Assembly: GCF_049798375.1 (NCBI RefSeq)
Contig: NZ_JBARGP010000694.1
Span: 1-51,390 of the forward strand
Origin: Bradyrhizobium sp.
GTDB taxonomy: Bacteria > Pseudomonadota > Alphaproteobacteria > Rhizobiales > Xanthobacteraceae
DNA length: 51,390 bases
Reading direction: 5' to 3'
Positions 46,160 through 51,390 of the stretch are shown here, piece by piece. The position numbers and the translations under genes are program-made. Numbering within the stretch: position 1 is the stretch's first letter; each line of letters starts with the position of its first letter. The notes below the pieces were generated by a model. It was given only the letters and a program-made list of their open reading frames with translations. It searched no databases and was not told the DNA's origin.

Positions 46160-46172
46160 GACCACACTCCCG

Positions 46173-46256
46173 TCACAGCTGTTCGCAGGCGAAGGTGTAG
46201 CCGATCGCGAGCGCAAAGAACCCGAAGGCCAGCGCCAGCATCAGAATGTCCATCAT
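46173..46256 (-). CDS. 27-aa hydrophobic peptide upstream of kdpF (not in ORF track)
   Basis: RBS GAGGAG; MMDILMLALAFGFFALAIGYTFACEQL*. Confidence 0.7.
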   Translation of the reverse strand: MMDILMLALAFGFFALAIGYTFACEQL

Positions 46257-46622
46257 GGAGATACTCCTCGTCGCGCCTATTTCCTGACGCAACTATTCCT
46301 CTGTTTCCGGCGGTCGATTGCGGTATGTTAAATGCAGCACATTCTTGCCGAGCGGACAGCCGGGAATGGCATGGCGCTGAACTGCCACTTCAGCCATAGG
46401 TTTTCGAGGTGAGGGCGATGGCTAAGTTATATGAATTTCATAAAGGCGGGTGGTAGGCCGACGCGACCCCTCTCGCCTCGATCTTGATTCCGAAGCCCAG
46501 CCGCGGCATCCCGCAACGGACCGCGACCACGTTTATGAAATACTTATTTTTCTGCAGGCCGCCTCGCCTCGTTTTCAAATGCCCTTCCGGACCATGTTAA
46601 CGGTGCCGGTCCGCTTGGCCGG

Positions 46623-47123
46623 TTGGCCGAGAAAACTCCCATGACCGTCGTCACCCTGCCCCACGTCACCCAGCATTTCGATCCCATGGTGCTCATCGAG
46701 CGGCTACGGATCGCGCATGTTGTGACCCGCCCGCTGATGTGGGACATCCTCGACAAGGCCTGCCGGCGCTTCCTGTCTCTCGGACAAAACGAAAAGACAG
46801 GACGCCTGACGCGCTTGATCGATGCGGAGGCCTGGGCAGACGCTGCGCTGGCCCTGATTGAGATTGAATTGCCGCTCTGGCAAGTTCGTCGCATCGCCTA
46901 TGATCAGGGGGAGTGGTATTGCGCCCTTTCGCGCGAGCGCGAGCTGCCCGAGTGGCTGGACAGAGCGATCGAAGCACAGCATTCTGATCTCGCGCTCGGC
47001 CTACTCTCCGCCTTCGTCGAGGCACAGGTACTGAGCGCACAGGCAACACGGCCGAGCGTTCCCAATGTCCGCCGGGCATTGGATCCGCTGTACGAACCTA
47101 TGGCTTGCGACAATGTCCGCTGA
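46623..47123 (+). CDS. Hypothetical protein divergent from kdp
   Basis: Protein-like ORF (AWADAALALIEIELPLWQVRRIAYDQGEWYCALS). Confidence 0.65.
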   Translation: MAEKTPMTVVTLPHVTQHFDPMVLIERLRIAHVVTRPLMWDILDKACRRFLSLGQNEKTGRLTRLIDAEAWADAALALIEIELPLWQVRRIAYDQGEWYCALSRERELPEWLDRAIEAQHSDLALGLLSAFVEAQVLSAQATRPSVPNVRRALDPLYEPMACDNVR

Positions 47124-47181
47124 CCCTGAACCAGGCGGTTTTCGAAGCTTGGCGCAATCTCGCGACATGCCACTACAGTGC

Positions 47182-48555
47182 TGGAGTGCACCCCAAAAGT
47201 GAGACACGAAAATGCAGTGACAGTGCGGTTGCCACGGTGCGTTATTGCACCTTGTCTGCGCGAACGCCGTTTCGAACTCAAGGGGCGATCGGTAGCCGAG
47301 CGCCGAATGTAGGCGTTCCTTGTTGTAGACGTCTGCGATGAAGCGGTCGATGCGGCGGCGGGCGTCAGCGAGGTCGACAAAGGCCTTGCCGTTAATTTCT
47401 TCGGCCTTCAACGTCTTCATGAAGCTTTCGGCTTTTGCATTGTCGAACGGATTGCCCGGTCGGCTCATGCTGACGGTGATGTCGCGATCGGCCAGCAGTT
47501 TGCGATAGGCAATGGAAGCATATTGCACACCGCCGTCCGAGTGATGGATCAGACTGCCCGGCGGCGGCCGTCGCGCAGCGATCGCTTTCTCCAGAGCCGT
47601 AATGGCAAGAGAAGCATCGAGCGTGTTCTCGAAGGCCCAGCAACCACCTTGCGTGAGAATGCGTCGAGGATGACGGCGAGATAGGCGAAGGCCTTGGCCA
47701 GATGGACATAGGTGATATCGGCGACCCAGATCTGATCGGGGGCGGATGGCGCCAGGCCGCGGATGAGATTGGGGACGACGAGAACGCCCGATGGTCGCTC
47801 CGCGGGCGGCTTCAGGAACGGCGTCTTGCGCTGCGCGAGCAGATTGTCTTCGCGCATTAATCTAAGAACTTTCTTGGCATTCACGGCTATGCCCTGGCGC
47901 CTGAGCATCGCGGTCACGCCGGTAGCCGTAGAAAATATGTTTCAGGCAGATGCGCTGGATCAGGTCGCGCAATTCGCACTCGGCCGCCTTGCTGTCCTGT
48001 CTGGCGAGACGCCGATAATAGGTTGCGCGCGGCAGGCCTGCGAGCCGGCACAGGTGCAGCACATCAGCGTGGGAATCGGTTGTGCTCGATGTCATTGTCT
48101 TGATGACTTCGATGATGGGGATACGGGTTTGCCTTGCGCTGCCGGCCGCTCCAATGCGCGCAAGGCTTGCCGAGAAAAATCGAGGTCCATCTACTGGCGG
48201 CCAACCAGCCGTTCGAGCTCGGCTATCCGCGCGTTCTTCGCCTGCGCGAGAGCCGAGCGCTTCTCGTCATAGGCCGCCAGAGGCTTGAGCTTTCGAGGGC
48301 CAGGTTTCGGTCCCCGCTTGCGGTTCAACCCCTCCGGCCCATGGGCCTTCCACGCCTTGGCCCAGTCATGCAGGATCTTGCGTACTATTCCTAGATCGCG
48401 AGCGACCGCCAGAACGCCTTCGCCTCGCTCAACGCTTGATCGCTTTCAGCTTGAACGCCGTCGGAAACTGACGGCTCTTCGCTCGTACTGCCACAGGTCA
48501 TCCTCGGAATGCCTGTCACTGTAATTACCGTGTCTCATTTAAAGGGTGCAGTCCA
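47182..48555 (-). mobile_element. IS3-family insertion sequence (1374 bp); orfA/orfB frameshifted
   Basis: TG...CA ends, ~40-bp imperfect inverted repeats, GTGC target duplication. OrfB motifs: WVADITY, ILDAFSR, HHSDGG, DNAKAESFMKTLK, YNKERLHSALGY. Confidence 0.93.
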
Positions 48556-49134
48556 GTGCATTTAACTCCCGAGTGCGATTGTACGCCGGGTATTGAGCCT
48601 ATCGCCGCACGCCGCCGGGGCGGGATTAATGGAAGGTGCGCTCGGAGGCCCTTCCGGGAATCGTTACGGCCATGGGCAGCGACGGGGCCGCCTGTTGTCC
48701 GAGGACGCGGGGCGCGTTGTCCAAGGCAAGCGAGGCCGGCACAAGGCTTCATGTCCGAGATCGAGACCAAGACCAAGCCGGGCGGCGCGGCGGCGCTTAA
48801 GAATCTCGCCTCCCCCTAAGCTCAGGGTTGGCGGCCTGATCTGGCGTGTCGAAATCCACGCGCGCCTGCGGCACGCCTGGCGCAATTCGCTGCGTCAGAA
48901 TCCATAGGCCCATCAATGACTTCGAAGGGAAGGGCGGATTTCGGCCGATGGTGGTAGCGGGGAGGGATGTCAATCGGCGTTCGACTGGGACCACCCGTAT
49001 TGCCGCATGAGCGGATGTTACCCTATGGCGCCATTGCACAGGTTGATGCGACCTCGACTGATCGGCCGCGCCAGGTGGCTTTCCCGGCTTGCTCGACGAA
49101 AGGGGCTGTGGGCGGGTCGGGCCCTACATAGCCC

Positions 49135-49480
49135 GAGCCGTCCACAACCTCGGCAGTGGGGCAGCGGCGACCAATTGCTCGGCCGTCTTCCGTCTAAGCG
49201 CCCTCAGCAGACGCTGCACTATCGAATGCTGTCTTGCACCGAACTCCTCGGGCTGAATCTCGCTCAGCCGGCCGACGATGGCGAGCGCCGTCAGCTGCGG
49301 TTACTCTGCCAGCCAGCCCTCGATCGCAGCAATATGTGGGTCGAGCTTGGACGGCATGTGAATCCTAGCTTTATAGGGCCGACGAGTTCGCCGGTGCGGG
49401 GCACGCGGCTCGCCGGCCGTCACCCTCTTTCCGAGCGTCTTGGCGAAAGTGGCTGCGCTTGTTGGCGTGGTGGTCGTGGA
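49135..49480 (-). mobile_element. Relic of a transposase/integrase C-terminus
   Basis: ATFAKTLGKRVTAGEPR...MPSKLDPHIAAIEGWLAE*PQLTALAIVGRL...HSIVQRLLRALR. Confidence 0.6.
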
Positions 49481-49489
49481 GGCGCGCTG

Positions 49490-49860
49490 CAGTGCGATGT
49501 GATCCTCGACGACCTGTCGACCGGCCTCCGGTCGGCGATCTTCGAGAACCGCGGAGCGGGCGCCTCGTCCTGCAGGCTCGACGAATCCGCGCTCACCGGC
49601 GTTGCTGTCCGGGTTGCGTCCGCGCTCGAGAGCGCTCCGGACGTCCTGGTGCTCAACAAATTCGGCAAGGCCGAGTGCGAAGGCCGAGGTCTGCGGCATC
49701 TGATCGCCGTCGCCCTTGATCGGGAGATTCCGGTCCTCATAGGCGTTCCGAAAGGGCAATCTTTCCGCATGGCGCGGCTTCGCCGGCGACCTCGGAACGG
49801 AAATCGAGGCCGAGGTCGACGAGATCGAGCGCTGGGCGGACCGACTTCGTCTGAGCGCAG
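49490..49860 (+). pseudogene. DUF2478-like protein remnant (5'-truncated, frameshift ~49755)
   Basis: CDVILDDLSTG...RGAGASSCRLD...LVLNKFGKAECEGRGLR...IPVLIGVP. Confidence 0.75.
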
Positions 49861-50043
49861 CCGTTTCCGCCGGGGCTTATCGCCGAGTAGCCTGCCCGTC
49901 CTGGGATTCAGGAAATGCAGCCGCGCGCAGGCCTGGCATGGCACTGCGACGAACGCCTCGTTTTGACGCGTCGCGCCGCCCCGATCGAGCCAATGCTGGA
50001 CTGGTTGTTTGGTGATAGGGCAAACATACACGAAGAGGGTCAT
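49850..50043 (-). CDS. Small Cys/His hypothetical protein (N-terminal ~60 aa of ORF 49420-50043; 3' end uncertain)
   Basis: YVCP...CQAC..LH..NP.TG putative Zn-binding pattern. Confidence 0.45.
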
Positions 50044-50254
50044 GAAGGACTCGGGCGGACAGCGTCACCGCGAATCTAGGGTGTGCGGAGGACGTCCGCT
50101 TTGAGGCGGCGCAAATCTCGACGGTCTAGCGGACCGGAAGATCCGTAAACGAACCGTTAGAATCAGAAATGGCGAATGTAGATTTTACATCTTTGAGGTT
50201 GCGTTTCAGCAAGGACGGAGGCGGTTCGGCCTGGAATGCTGGCGAGGCTGAGCT

Positions 50255-51390
50255 GTGTTGGTGAATAGGAAGCTCATCCTCGCGCACTTCTGGCTGGCGT
50301 TCGCCGCCTTCGGCTTGGCGCTCTGCCTCGGCGCCTGGCAGATGTTCATTCACAGCCCGCTCGGCACCTGGCTGTCCAATCCGGAGTTCTACTACCGTTC
50401 GCTCACCGCGCACGGCACGGTCATGGGCTACGTTTTTCCGACCTTGGTGGCGATGGGCTTCGGCTACGCCATCACCGAGTCTGCGCTGAAGCAGCCTCTC
50501 GTCGGCGTGCGCTGGGCCTGGGCGGCCTTCTGGCTGATCGTCGCCGGCGCGGTCATGGCGATGGTGCCGGTGGCGCTCGGCCGCGCCTCGGTGCTCTACA
50601 CCCTCTACCCCCCCGCTGATCGGCAACGCCTTCTACTACATCGGCGTCGTTCTGGTGGTGCTCGGCTCCTGGATCTGGGGCGCGCTGATGTCGATCAACC
50701 TGCGCATCTGGCGACGCGAACACCCGGGCGAGCCAGTGCCGCTTGCGATGTTCGCGAACGTCGCCGGCTCCTATCTATGGGCCTGGACGGCCGTGGGTGC
50801 CGCTCGAATTGCTGCTGCAGATCATCCCGGTCGCGCTCGGCTGGCGGACCACGATCGACGCTGGGCTCGCCCGCGTATTCTTCGCCTGGACGCTGCACGC
50901 CATCGTGTATTTCTGGCTGATGCCGAGCTACATCGCCTACTACACCATTGTGCCGCGCGCGATCGGTGGCCGCCTCTACAGCGACACGATGGGACGGATC
51001 GCGTTCATCCTGTTCCTGATCGTGGCGATGCCGATCGGCATCCATTATACCTTCGCGGACCCGCAGGTCGGTGCGGGGTTCAAGTTCATCCACTCGACGT
51101 TCACGGCGCTGGTGGCGCTCCCGACGCTGCTGACGGTGTTCACGATCTGCGCCTCCGTGGAGATCGCCGCCAGGCTGCGCGGTGGCCGCGGCGCATTCGG
51201 CTGGATTCGTGCCCTTCCATGGCGCAATCCGATGATGCTGGCGCTCGCCTTTTCGTTCGTGATGCTCGGCTTCGGCGGAGCCGGCGGGCTCATCAACATG
51301 AGCTACCAGCTCGACGCGACGATCCACAACACGCAGTGGATCACCGGCCATTTCCACCTGATCTTCGGCGGCGCCATCGTCATCATGTAC
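50255..51390 (+). CDS. Heme-copper oxidase subunit I, ba3/B-family type; frameshifts ~50610 and ~50802; runs off the window
   Basis: TAHGTVMG, WTLHAIVY (CuB His/Tyr), IGIHH, HNTQWITGHFH. Confidence 0.85.

Overview
This is a GC-rich accessory region from an alphaproteobacterium; gene content and promoter motifs look Bradyrhizobium-like (inference). It has four parts. (1) 1-22 kb is a patchwork of two-component genes (several frameshifted or deleted), a GGDEF cyclase, and an NHEJ cluster (broken ligD, DUF3606, DEDDh exonuclease, ku, HAD). Many of these genes are preceded by EcfG/RpoE2-type GGAAC-N18-TT promoter motifs. (2) 22-28.3 kb holds two copies of a [Zn-binding protein(s)-SRAP-small protein] cassette. 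The first copy has a perfect alphaproteobacterial LexA box and is divergent from a second ku; an HNH gene lies between the copies. (3) 28.3-37.2 kb is the most interesting part, a candidate defence/conflict island. A membrane-anchored DUF2235/Tle1-like phospholipase gene is followed by a ~1006-aa caspase-like protease fused to a Ski2/Hel308-like helicase, which is hidden by two 1-bp frameshifts. Divergent from these, across an 85-nt hairpin, is a coupled operon of ECF-like sigma factor, small acidic protein and ImmA/IrrE metalloprotease. A DUF4238 gene follows. The island is bounded by a degenerate 15-bp tandem repeat on the left and a tRNA-Ser 3'-end att-like site with arm-like repeats on the right. 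(4) 37.3-51.4 kb contains an intact kdpFABCDE operon with two extra small membrane ORFs, an IS3 element with inverted repeats and a 4-bp target duplication, transposase and DUF2478 relics, and the start of a ba3-type oxidase subunit I gene. All family calls come from motif recognition by eye; no searches were run.
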